From a virus (Duplodnaviria; Caudoviricetes), in IMG/VR virus record IMGVR_UViG_638275558_000001, positions 1 through 64,000 of that record: a stretch of DNA of 64,000 nucleotides. One strand, written 5' to 3'. Of the stretch, positions 1-9,168 are shown piece after piece. The stretch's first letter is position 1. Each line of letters begins with the position of its first letter. Under the pieces are notes generated by a model. The model did no database searches. It had not been told where the DNA came from and saw only the letters and a program-made list of their open reading frames with translations. Made by a program: the position numbers and the translations under genes.

Positions 1-75
1 CGGGTCTGCTTTTCCTTCACGGACCCAATTCTCCGTGAAAGAAATACGACATTCATACTGCACCTCCTGGTTGGT

Positions 76-285
76 TTAATTAGGGTTAATGTTATACCTT
101 TTCAGGAACTTCGATCGCTTTAACTCCCTCTGATGAAGCACGGTTTCCACCGCGGCAAAAATCACCAGCAGCAGAAACCACGCTCCTATCAGAAGCAGCG
201 CCGTTTCAAAATAAACCCACTTCATCACAAGCCCCGCCAGTACGAAGGCGGGCAAAAAACCTGTTATAACGTAAACAGCGCTCAT
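76..285 (-). CDS. Small membrane protein (two predicted TM helices), early operon
   Basis: Hydrophobic 69-aa ORF 3 nt downstream of 289..714. Confidence 0.7.
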   Translation of the reverse strand: MSAVYVITGFLPAFVLAGLVMKWVYFETALLLIGAWFLLLVIFAAVETVLHQRELKRSKFLKRYNINPN

Positions 286-288
286 GGT

Positions 289-714
289 TCACCCCTGAGT
301 CTGGAGTGCAAAGGCACCTGTAATATCCACCCAACCCTCATGACGAAATACCGTCTTCTTGACCACGGTTCCGTCGGGCTGCTGCTCCTCCACCGACACC
401 CTCTTCGTAAAGGAAAACAGAGGAATGATACAGAAAGCCATCAGAGCATTGACCAGAAACGGCATGAAGTAGGGCGCGCCTCCAATCATGGCGGCACCCA
501 GCAAAATATCCTCCGTCTCCCCACTCTTCTTGAAAAACCCGGCGGCAAGAGCGGCAATCTCCCACGCGCGAGACATCATCTGATCGAAATCAGGAATTTC
601 CTCGAACGTAAGAAGCTCCTTCACCCGATTCCACTGATCATCAGGAAGGTTTACAACCCCCGCCTCCATCTGTTCGGGAGTCGGATTGTGCTGGGTGAGA
701 TTCAGAATCGTCAT
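289..714 (-). CDS. Csx20/Csx15-like protein, putative cyclic-oligoadenylate ring nuclease
   Basis: N-term ILNLTQHxxTPEQ and C-term FTKRVSVEEQQPDGTVVKKTVFRH resemble, from recall, Csx20-family motifs; strong GGAGG RBS. Confidence 0.55.
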   Translation of the reverse strand: MTILNLTQHNPTPEQMEAGVVNLPDDQWNRVKELLTFEEIPDFDQMMSRAWEIAALAAGFFKKSGETEDILLGAAMIGGAPYFMPFLVNALMAFCIIPLFSFTKRVSVEEQQPDGTVVKKTVFRHEGWVDITGAFALQTQG

Positions 715-753
715 GGCTTGTACCTCCGTTTGTTTGTTAAGTGATCCACAGCC

Positions 754-782
754 AGTATACGCATAAAGCGGAAAAAAGTCAA
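754..782 (-). promoter_or_regulatory. Sigma70-type early promoter TTGACT-N17-TATACT
   Basis: Near-consensus -35/-10 with 17-nt spacer, followed by the AACAAACAAACGGAGGT leader of 289..714. Confidence 0.75.
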
Positions 783-1033
783 TCGGTATTTTCTTTCTTC
801 ATCTTAATTTCATTTTTTTCCTTGAGGGAAATATCCGCCGCATACATTTTTTCGGCTTCCTTCAGCACCTCAGAGACTCTGCTGAAGATCTCCCTGAGCT
901 GAACCATTGACCACTCCGGATCGTCAAGCACCAGTGGAAGCGCGTAGCCGTCTTCATACGTTTCATAGTTATCCTCAAACAGATCTTCCAGCAGACGATC
1001 CAGCAGTGCAGGAATTTCATATCGGTAACTCAT
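779..1033 (-). CDS. Hypothetical acidic protein
   Basis: ORF with GGAGGAG RBS. Confidence 0.7.
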   Translation of the reverse strand: MSYRYEIPALLDRLLEDLFEDNYETYEDGYALPLVLDDPEWSMVQLREIFSRVSEVLKEAEKMYAADISLKEKNEIKMKKENTD

Positions 1034-1052
1034 AACTCCTCCGGCGGTTAAC

Positions 1053-1478
1053 TTATCGGTAAACCTTCACGGATGAAGGTCTCATGTGAATGAACACTTT
1101 TGCTCCCGGATACACTTCATCCAGAACCATAAGCGCCACAAGCGAAGCAAGCGTCATGTACACCCCCTGGATACCTCCCACCGTCATATAATCCAGAAAT
1201 CTGATCGTACCCGCCGAAATGGTATCTTCAAGCCCCCCATCCCAGATAAGATATTCCACGATGGAGGGAATCTGAACCCTGATCTTTTCCAGCTCCCGCT
1301 CGATATGGATATGCGGATCCGAACTACGCGCTGCTTCCCTGCAGATACCTTCCGCCAGAACAAGCAACGTTTCATTTCGATTCTGATAAAAATAATTCAG
1401 AGCACCCTCGAACAGCGCTTCAGGATCTGTAGCCGCACGCGGAACGCTTCTGGAAACGTCTTTCAGAATCTGCATCAT
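1053..1478 (-). CDS. Hypothetical protein (start reassigned to ATG 1478)
   Basis: GGAGGTG RBS upstream of ATGATGCAG. Confidence 0.7.
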   Translation of the reverse strand: MMQILKDVSRSVPRAATDPEALFEGALNYFYQNRNETLLVLAEGICREAARSSDPHIHIERELEKIRVQIPSIVEYLIWDGGLEDTISAGTIRFLDYMTVGGIQGVYMTLASLVALMVLDEVYPGAKVFIHMRPSSVKVYR

Positions 1479-1525
1479 GACGCACCTCCATTTTTTCCAA
1501 CATAACCTTCTTATTTCCTTTTCGG

Positions 1526-1554
1526 TTCCACGCAATCCCAATTACCACTATTAA
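1526..1554 (+). repeat. Dispersed ~30-bp motif, copy A (TTCCACGCAATCCCAATTACCACTATTAA)
   Basis: Near-identical to copies at 1639, 37493 (reverse complement) and 54896. Confidence 0.85.
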
Positions 1555-1638
1555 TCTCCATCAAGTCAGAAACCCGAATTCAATTTAAAACTTTTCTGTC
1601 TGAAATTCCCTTATAACCCTTAAAACTTAACACTACCC

Positions 1639-1668
1639 TTTCAACACAATCCCAATCACCAGTAAAAA
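1639..1668 (+). repeat. Dispersed ~30-bp motif, copy B (TTTCAACACAATCCCAATCACCAGTAAAAA)
   Basis: Shares the core ACACAATCCCAATYACCAGTA with the other copies. Confidence 0.8.
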
Positions 1669-1801
1669 CCTACCTGCATTAGATCTACTACTCCCCTTTG
1701 AAGCAAAAAGGAAAAAACCAAAAATCAAAATTCTATAACCCCTACAGGATACGCTCAGCTTTAAGTCGCATATTACCCATTGGGATTTTAGAATTTTAAA
1801 A

Positions 1802-1959
1802 TTTTGTTTTTCTTTAATCTCCATAGGGTACGCTTAGCATTGAGTCTTAATTTACCATTTGAGGGATTTTAATTTAGAAGTTTTTGTTTTTCTTTAATCT
1901 CCATAGGGTACGCTTAGCATTGAGTCTTAATTTACCATTTGAGGGATTTTAATTTAGAA
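1802..1959. repeat. 80-bp-period tandem repeat (2 exact 78-bp copies, plus a degenerate copy at ~1730-1800); candidate replication origin
   Basis: 1802-1879 equals 1882-1959; AT-rich non-coding region upstream of the primase-like gene. Confidence 0.9.
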
Positions 1960-2090
1960 ATTCAAAAATTTAATTTTTTCATAACCTTGAGTGGCTTATT
2001 TACCTGTAGAGCGTCATTCAAAAAACACCCCATTTCAAGAAACCTTCACATTGATCTGTCGTTTTACAACATAAAACCTTTAAGTGGTAT

Positions 2091-3476
2091 ATGATCAGAA
2101 AGCGTAAAAAATCTGAACATATCGGAGCGGATGCGATTCCAAAGGGATTGGTCTATGATGTTTTAAATCTTGGGTATACCGATAAGCTCAAATCCCGCAT
2201 GATTGCTATACTGAGCATTCTTATCTACCATCGCCACCGGGAAGATCACACCTACGAGATTGAAACAGGATCGAAATGCAAGCGCATGGTGGAAGTTAAA
2301 AAAGGGGAGTCCTGGATCAGCATTCCAACGCTTATTGAGCGGGTTTACAACACATTTGGAATTAAGCTTACCAGGGAGCAGGTTAAATATGCCCTTCGTT
2401 TGCTTTTACAGCATGGTCTGATTTCGGTAAAGGAAGCAACCGGTGGGGTTTCGAAAGGTCATTTTGGAAACATTTATACATTCAGAGAAACGGATTTTGA
2501 AGGAGAGTTTGTCGATCCTGTGGATTTTGTGAGGGAAAATAGTGAAAGTGAAGAAGAAATCTGGTATGCAGATTATACGGAAAGTCGGTATTCGAATCGC
2601 GTAACCGTCAGAGAAGGAGCATTTCATCCGATTATGAAAAGTAGGACACTTCTAAAAACGCATGTGCTTAGAAATCATCCAGATAGAGAAAAAGCTACGA
2701 AGTTTTACCCGAAAGAGATTGTTGTGGATATCGAAGCGGGTGGATATCGCGTAGATGAAACAGAGCGGTACAGACGCTTTAGACTCTTCGTGATAAACCG
2801 CGCTGCGAAGTTTGCGAGAAAGTTCAGAGCACGCTACGGGGGGAAAGTTGATATATGTTTTACCGGAGGTAGGGGAATTCATCTGCATATTACGGGAAGT
2901 GTGCTCAATGTTCCAATGAACCGCAGTCAATTCGACAGGATTTTGAAAGAAGCAATTGTTCGTATGCTTAAAGATACGGAACTATGGCGGTTTTTCGATC
3001 CTTCCACGCTGAATCCTTTTCAGCTTGCCGGGGTTCGCGGAAAACTTCATGATAAGGCTCCTTTTGACGACTGGGTGTATGTGAAGCGTACCTATCAAAC
3101 GATTAAGCCGCTCAAAGCCGGAAGTCTGCTTTCGAGTTTTGAGGAGGCGGCTTTCTGGATTTCGCGTAGCTTCGTCAGAAAAGCGGCTAAAGGCAATCCA
3201 TTTAGAACGTACAGTCTGGTAAAGGAAGGGCTACTGGAAGGGGAGCCGTGGAGCGATCACCATGCGGGAAGAGATACGGCTGCTTTCTGCATGGCATGCG
3301 ATCTTCTGGAAGCCGGATACATGACGGATCAGGTGTTGCTGTTTCTGAAAGATTGGGATAAGAAAAACAAACCTTCTCTTGGAGATAAGATTATCGCGCA
3401 GAAGGTAAGATCGGCGCGGCGGCTTCTTGCGCGAAAAGGAAAGCTTAAAGCAAACCCTTCTCTACAGCTTCTCTAA
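2091..3476 (+). CDS. Rep-like protein: N-terminal wHTH + archaeo-eukaryotic primase (AEP) + PriCT domain
   Basis: VVDIE and FTGGRGIHLHI (AEP motifs I/II); C-term GRDTAAFCMACDL...DWDKKNKPSL...VRSAR is PriCT-like. Confidence 0.7.
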   Translation: MIRKRKKSEHIGADAIPKGLVYDVLNLGYTDKLKSRMIAILSILIYHRHREDHTYEIETGSKCKRMVEVKKGESWISIPTLIERVYNTFGIKLTREQVKYALRLLLQHGLISVKEATGGVSKGHFGNIYTFRETDFEGEFVDPVDFVRENSESEEEIWYADYTESRYSNRVTVREGAFHPIMKSRTLLKTHVLRNHPDREKATKFYPKEIVVDIEAGGYRVDETERYRRFRLFVINRAAKFARKFRARYGGKVDICFTGGRGIHLHITGSVLNVPMNRSQFDRILKEAIVRMLKDTELWRFFDPSTLNPFQLAGVRGKLHDKAPFDDWVYVKRTYQTIKPLKAGSLLSSFEEAAFWISRSFVRKAAKGNPFRTYSLVKEGLLEGEPWSDHHAGRDTAAFCMACDLLEAGYMTDQVLLFLKDWDKKNKPSLGDKIIAQKVRSARRLLARKGKLKANPSLQLL

Positions 3477-4395
3477 TTGTTTTGAAAAAGTGATAGAATC
3501 TTTCCGGGGAAAAGCTGTATCCGATCATGTCGGTGATAACGCTCATCACATTGAAAAATCGTTGGACTTCATCCGGATTTCTTCTGTCGATTTTGATAAG
3601 AAGTTCGATTATACGTTTAAACGATTTAGGATAATCGTACCACAGAAAGGAAAGATATGCACCCGACGATCCTTCTTCCTCTTCTTTTTTCATGTAAGAA
3701 CGAATATCTTCATACAGATACCATATATCCACAATGCTTTGAGCGAGTTTCTCCATAATTCTGGTGGCGGTGTTGCTGAACGTATTGATATACTCACAGG
3801 TAACAACATACATATTCTTTTTGATTTCTTCGATAATTTCAACATGAATATTTGTTTCCAGAAGATAAACAGGGAAAGAAATTGAAAGTTTTTCAAGCTG
3901 CACAATTTTATGCAGAAAGGTGTTTTCGCGCACTTCCCAATCCCACAGACATTTCACAGTCAGATATATTTCATTTCTTATAACTTTCTCCAGTTCGACG
4001 AAAATATACGATTTATTTTCTATAAAGCCGGGTAACTCTTCATGAATGATGCGGTTTAAGTTGCTGTGTTTTTTCATACGGGTGTTATCTCTCAGCAATT
4101 TTCTTTTAGCATTTGCCACAAATCTCTGATATCTTTCTTCAAAATCTTCTTTTTTGAATTGGATGTTGGCTTCATTTTGCAATTGTCTGGTTCTTATAGC
4201 AAGCGTCTCAATGAACGTTTTGATTAGAAGTATTGCTCCCTTAGCCATATCCTGAATGGTGGAATCGGCGGGTAAATCCACACGAAAGATTTTTCGAGTT
4301 TCTTCGTTTTTGATCAGTGCGACGTTCCATCCCATTCTCTTTTCCATGAAAAACCTGAGCGCCCAGACCAGATATTCGTAGAAGTTTTCAGTCAT
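3445..4395 (-). CDS. Hypothetical protein, paralog family A, late promoter
   Basis: 316-aa ORF; TATTTAAAATAAAATG start context. Confidence 0.8.
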   Translation of the reverse strand: MTENFYEYLVWALRFFMEKRMGWNVALIKNEETRKIFRVDLPADSTIQDMAKGAILLIKTFIETLAIRTRQLQNEANIQFKKEDFEERYQRFVANAKRKLLRDNTRMKKHSNLNRIIHEELPGFIENKSYIFVELEKVIRNEIYLTVKCLWDWEVRENTFLHKIVQLEKLSISFPVYLLETNIHVEIIEEIKKNMYVVTCEYINTFSNTATRIMEKLAQSIVDIWYLYEDIRSYMKKEEEEGSSGAYLSFLWYDYPKSFKRIIELLIKIDRRNPDEVQRFFNVMSVITDMIGYSFSPERFYHFFKTIREAVEKGLL

Positions 4396-4413
4396 TTTAT
4401 TTTAAATATTCCC

Positions 4414-5055
4414 TTATCTGTATTCCACTTCCGGAGATTCTATATGGATGTAAAGTATATTTTTTCGTGGTATAAAATTCATCTGAGCGTGCACCGCAAT
4501 TTTCAGGTCGTTCTCGCTCAAATGATGCTCGCCCCACCTGAACGATCCGATAAACTGCAGCGTGATATGGTGCGTGATCAAATCCGTAGAAAACTCCAGC
4601 TTATCATCTGTTTCGGGTGGAAGCACATCGGTAGAGGGAAACCGGGATTTCACATCAAGACGTGCAAGCACCAGATAATGATGGTAATTCTCGACGTTTG
4701 ATGCCGGTGATATGTTTTTGAGTTTGTCGTTTAATGTGCGGATTACTTCTTTCATTTCCTTTTCGATGGTGGTATCCTCTGATTCTTTTCTGGAGAAAAT
4801 GTTTTTATAAGAGGGTCCTTTTTTGATATGTTCTACCGGGGAAATGGCTTTAAGCAGTCTGTAGGCATAATGCAACGTGTCGTTTATCATCTTTATGAAT
4901 TTTCTGATCGCAACGCTTACAGGTGTATCCTCAGAGATGCTCAGGTAGACCAGATCGGGGTGTTTTCTCAAATGATAATCAGGTGGAGAGAAGCCGGGAT
5001 ATTTTTCCAGATAGTTTTTGATGGTGTTTGTAAGCAGTTCCTGATACGATGGCAT
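4414..5055 (-). CDS. Hypothetical protein, paralog family A, late promoter
   Basis: 213-aa ORF; TATTTAAAATAAAATG start context. Confidence 0.8.
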   Translation of the reverse strand: MPSYQELLTNTIKNYLEKYPGFSPPDYHLRKHPDLVYLSISEDTPVSVAIRKFIKMINDTLHYAYRLLKAISPVEHIKKGPSYKNIFSRKESEDTTIEKEMKEVIRTLNDKLKNISPASNVENYHHYLVLARLDVKSRFPSTDVLPPETDDKLEFSTDLITHHITLQFIGSFRWGEHHLSENDLKIAVHAQMNFIPRKNILYIHIESPEVEYR

Positions 5056-5056
5056 T

Positions 5057-5984
5057 TTATTTTAAATAAGTGTTGATAAACAAACAGGCTTTTTTCACAT
5101 ATTCGAACAATTCATCTTTGGAAAGATGGTGTGGTTTGTACTGACGATGCATAAACTTATAAGCAATATCAAACAATACCCTACCCTTTTCCTCACTTTC
5201 TTTAATAATATCTATAATGCTGTCTATTTCCTCTTTCAGTTCTCTGTAAATGGTTCGGTATCGGTTTATGTCCTGCTCTGTCAGGTGTTCACTATTTTCA
5301 TATTTTATCCCGAATACAGACATAATACCTATTGTTCCTCCGATAAATTCCAGTGTTCCATTCCGGGTAGAGGCGCTTACAAATGAGTTGCGAATCTTCA
5401 ATGTTTTATCTGAAACGAAACTTTTAAAACTTAAGTCAAGGAGCATTTCTGTAACAAACAGAGGAGCATTCAGGTGGAAAATTTTTGCAAATTTTGAATT
5501 TTCTCGGGGAAACCATTTAACAAAACCGATTATCATTATACCAAGATGAGCTTCCTTTGCAAAAACCGGCATAATGTAAAGATGAATTTCGTTTCGAAAT
5601 TCTATTTCGTCTGTGAAGTGGGTGATTAATTTTTTATCGATATTATTGTAGTGTATAGTATCGTCTTTAAGTTCTTTCATTTTTTTCTGAAGTTTCTTTA
5701 ATGCCTGTTGAAACTTCTCCTCAATTTGATCTACAGCTATTTTTTCAACTCCGATATCTTCTTCGAAGTGTCTGATTTTGGTAAGTGATAGTTCTATAGT
5801 CTTTTTAAGCGTATGAACATACATCCGCGTAAAATCTCTGGGTAACTGCTTTTCGGCGGGAATAAGACGCACTTTTACATAAGAAGGTCGTTTCTCTATA
5901 ATTTCTACACTGGAAAATTCCGATCTTTTTTTTAAAATATTCAATGATGTTCATTGCAAGTAGTGCTTCAACAACGCCTTCCAT
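5057..5984 (-). CDS. Hypothetical protein, paralog family A; likely start at 5984 with a frameshift in an A8 run (5926-5933)
   Basis: MEGVVEALLAMNIIEYFKK joins RSEFSSVE... if one A is removed. Confidence 0.6.
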
Positions 5985-6064
5985 AGTTTTTTTAGCTAAG
6001 GTTTTTTGTTTACAGTTTTGTAGTTTTCGTTAATTAAGGTGTTTAATGCTATTGGTTTTTTTAA

Positions 6065-6949
6065 CTATTCCCCACGAACTATCTGTTTCAATACACGATA
6101 TCTTTCCACCATATCGAGGTTTATAATATCCAGCGCTCTACCTATTTCATCAAACATTTCGATCACGCGTTCATCCTGATTGTTTTTGCTGTGTTCGATA
6201 AGGTTTCTGAGTTCAAAAGCTCCCCGTATACCACTGGAATACAGAAATGCGATTTTTGGAATATCAGGGTGTCCGGGATTAATAAGAGATAGAAAATGTT
6301 CAATGTTTTTTATGAGTTCATGAAGGCGATTATACTGCATGTTGAAATAAGCGTGGGCTTTTGTCAGCCTGATGTTTTCTTCTATCATGGGGCGCACGTA
6401 AAAACTCCCATGCAGAGCGGTTCCGATATTGGTAAAAACTGTCTCGTGAAACAGAATAGCGGAAAGTGCGGCGTTTTTAACCGGATAGAGAGAACTTGCA
6501 CCAATAACCGATATATCAAACAGAGCAGGAAAAAACTCGAAAAGACTCTGATCATTAAAGAAAATATGCATTTCGTTTTTTCGATATACCAGATCAGGGT
6601 ATTTATGTGTGGTGTTAAATATTTTCTGTATTTTCTGAACCGTTTCTTTCTCCTTATTTATTTTTTCTTTAAACTTCTCAATAGCCTGCTGGTACTTATC
6701 ATTTATTTTGCTGTCTACAGAAAACCCGGAATAAATGGTTCGTGTCTTTTTTATAAAAAACTCGATCAGTTCTTTGAACATGCGCGGCGTTTCTTTTATA
6801 ATCTCTTTTGCGGTTGCGTTTTCACCGATGTCAAGGATTATGGTTACATGTTTATCGCCGGCGTCTATGTTTACCGGATACTTTTTTTGAAATCTGTAAT
6901 ACTGCTGAATTGCACTTAAAATCTCTTTACGGTATTTTTTCGGAGTCAT
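6065..6949 (-). CDS. Hypothetical protein, paralog family A
   Basis: 294-aa ORF; N-terminal pattern similar to its neighbours. Confidence 0.8.
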   Translation of the reverse strand: MTPKKYRKEILSAIQQYYRFQKKYPVNIDAGDKHVTIILDIGENATAKEIIKETPRMFKELIEFFIKKTRTIYSGFSVDSKINDKYQQAIEKFKEKINKEKETVQKIQKIFNTTHKYPDLVYRKNEMHIFFNDQSLFEFFPALFDISVIGASSLYPVKNAALSAILFHETVFTNIGTALHGSFYVRPMIEENIRLTKAHAYFNMQYNRLHELIKNIEHFLSLINPGHPDIPKIAFLYSSGIRGAFELRNLIEHSKNNQDERVIEMFDEIGRALDIINLDMVERYRVLKQIVRGE

Positions 6950-7002
6950 AAGGTGTCGGGTTTGATTTTATTAAATCACTCAGGTTTTTAAGTCGTGCAT
7001 GT

Positions 7003-7845
7003 TTAACCCAGTTTTTTAACCACCCTGTTATTCCACCATATGACTTTTCCATCTGATCTTACGATTCCTCCGTATCCCATGCGGCTCAGGATCTCATTGA
7101 TTTTTCCGTTTTGAGGAACGTTGAGTGCACCAAAATAGAGTTCAGTAAGTTGCTTCATAAAACGGTTTCTATCCTGATTCAGATCTTCTTCTATCATCAT
7201 CTGAATGCGGGTTGGAAATGTATCTACGATCAGGTTTACGACGTAGACTCTATCGCTGGCTTCCCATCTTGAAAGGAAAAAGGAATCATATCGAAGCAAC
7301 CGGTCAAACGTTTCGTCAACGACGGTTTTGACAAATGTCGCAAGTTTTCGGGTGAAAACGGCTCCGGTTTGCTCGAAAGTGATAAGCAACCCTTTGAAAA
7401 GCATTTTTCGGAGTGCGGAGAGGCTGTAGGGAACGTCAAAATGAATTCCCCTTTCGACGAATCCATATGGCGGCTTTCCAAATACCCCCTGAAGTTTCAT
7501 TCGGTGAAGTTCCCAGCCGCTTCCAAGAAATTCGTCAATCTGAAGTTTTTTAAGTTTTTTGAGATCGGAGGAGTTAAGGTGCACGCCGAAATAGTTAAGT
7601 GCGCCCCCGGTGGACGCGAAAAGGGGGAGGTTGTAAAAATCTTTTGGATAATCGTTTTCCTTTTTGACGTTGAGAAATTCCTCCGGCTCGATGATATAGT
7701 AGAGGTGATACCCGCGCTCCAAGATTTCCCGAAGGGTTTTTTCGTTTAACGGGATTTCGCTCATAAGGAGTCCGTTTCCCTCCACAGAAGACACAATCAG
7801 GTTTGAGGGATCAAGCGTTTCGATTTTTTCAAGGAGCTCTTTCAT
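7003..7845 (-). CDS. Hypothetical protein
   Basis: 280-aa ORF coupled (4-nt overlap) to the gp25-like gene. Confidence 0.75.
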   Translation of the reverse strand: MKELLEKIETLDPSNLIVSSVEGNGLLMSEIPLNEKTLREILERGYHLYYIIEPEEFLNVKKENDYPKDFYNLPLFASTGGALNYFGVHLNSSDLKKLKKLQIDEFLGSGWELHRMKLQGVFGKPPYGFVERGIHFDVPYSLSALRKMLFKGLLITFEQTGAVFTRKLATFVKTVVDETFDRLLRYDSFFLSRWEASDRVYVVNLIVDTFPTRIQMMIEEDLNQDRNRFMKQLTELYFGALNVPQNGKINEILSRMGYGGIVRSDGKVIWWNNRVVKKLG

Positions 7846-8153
7846 ACGGGTATCTGCAGGGTTATCTGTTCGCGGTTAATCTGCACAACGATTTTGAGAA
7901 GGTGTGTGGCTTCGTCAAAACTCACGTCTATAGTATCTATGTCGTAGGGTTCGAGGTTGGAGGCAATCAGGTTGAACAGTTCATCATAATCATAATTCTC
8001 GAAAAGAATGTTGCGAATACCGATCCCTCTTTCTGGATCGTAGGGATATTCCCCCGGCTCGATGAAAAGCAGGAGTTTTATCTTATCGATCAGGAGTTTT
8101 ACCGGGTCATCAGGAAATCTGAAATTCGGTGCAGTGTCGTTCAGATAGAACAT
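7842..8153 (-). CDS. Baseplate wedge subunit, gp25/GPW-like
   Basis: LLFIEPGEYPYDPERGIGIRNILFE matches the gp25 family signature. Confidence 0.8.
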   Translation of the reverse strand: MFYLNDTAPNFRFPDDPVKLLIDKIKLLLFIEPGEYPYDPERGIGIRNILFENYDYDELFNLIASNLEPYDIDTIDVSFDEATHLLKIVVQINREQITLQIPV

Positions 8154-8211
8154 TTCATTTTTGTTTAAATAAATCCTCGAGGAATCTTCAAATAAAGAGG
8201 GGCGTTAATGG

Positions 8212-9168
8212 ATGAAAAGACTGAGGAATATGGTCAATCTTATCGATCTCAAAAATCAGTATTATGCTTACTCTTTCAAGTTTTTCGACTCCTATCAGAT
8301 CAGCTGGGATAATTACCCGCATCTTAAAGAGTTCGTCATTGAAAACTATCCCGGCACTTATTTTTCATGCTACGCTCCGGGGATTCTGTACAAGCTTTTC
8401 CTCAAATGGAAGCGGGGTATGATCATTGACGACTATGACCGACACCCGCTCCGAAAGAAGTTACTTCCTCAGTACAAAGAGCACCGCTATGAATACATTG
8501 AGGGAAAATACGGTGTGGTTCCTTTCCCCGGGTTTCTGAAATATCTGAAGTTCCACTTTGAGGACTTGCGGTTTAAAATGCGCGATCTTGGAATCACCGA
8601 TTTCAAATATGCACTTGCCATTTCTCTTTTTTACAACCGGGTAATGCTCAGAGATTTTCTGAAAAACTTTACCTGTTATTACATTGCCGAATATGAAGCT
8701 GACGATGTAATCGCACATCTGGCGCGTGAGATTGCACGAAGCAATATCGACGTAAACATCGTCTCAACGGATAAAGATTATTACCAGCTATGGGATGAAG
8801 AGGATATAAGAGAAAGGGTTTATATCAATTCTCTTTCATGTAGTGATGTGAAGACACCCCGCTACGGATTTCTTACCATTAAAGCACTTCTTGGAGACAA
8901 AAGCGATAACATTCCCAAATCTCTGGAAAAAGGAAAAGGCGAAAAGTATCTTGAAAAGAAAGGATTTGCGGAGGAAGATTACGATAAGGAACTATTCGAG
9001 AATAATCTGAAGGTGATCAGGTTTGGAGACGAATATCTTGGAGAAAGGGATAAAAGCTTTATAGAAAATTTTTCTACGGGGGATACTCTGTGGAACTTTT
9101 ATGAATTTTTTTACTATGACCCTTTGCATGAACTTTTCCTCAGAAATATAAGAAAGAGGAGACTATGA
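8212..9168 (+). CDS. 5'-3' exonuclease / T4 RNase H-like flap nuclease
   Basis: EADDVIA, STDKDYYQL and LLGDKSDNIP motifs. Confidence 0.9.
   Translation: MKRLRNMVNLIDLKNQYYAYSFKFFDSYQISWDNYPHLKEFVIENYPGTYFSCYAPGILYKLFLKWKRGMIIDDYDRHPLRKKLLPQYKEHRYEYIEGKYGVVPFPGFLKYLKFHFEDLRFKMRDLGITDFKYALAISLFYNRVMLRDFLKNFTCYYIAEYEADDVIAHLAREIARSNIDVNIVSTDKDYYQLWDEEDIRERVYINSLSCSDVKTPRYGFLTIKALLGDKSDNIPKSLEKGKGEKYLEKKGFAEEDYDKELFENNLKVIRFGDEYLGERDKSFIENFSTGDTLWNFYEFFYYDPLHELFLRNIRKRRL

Noticed and set aside
133-744. 203-aa plus-strand ORF
   Set aside because: Overlaps two minus-strand genes that have a clear promoter and RBS
1526-1959. CRISPR array reading of the 30-bp motif pair and 80-bp repeats
   Set aside because: The 80-bp units have no unique spacers; the 30-bp copies are only two here, diverged and ~84 nt apart; no cas genes
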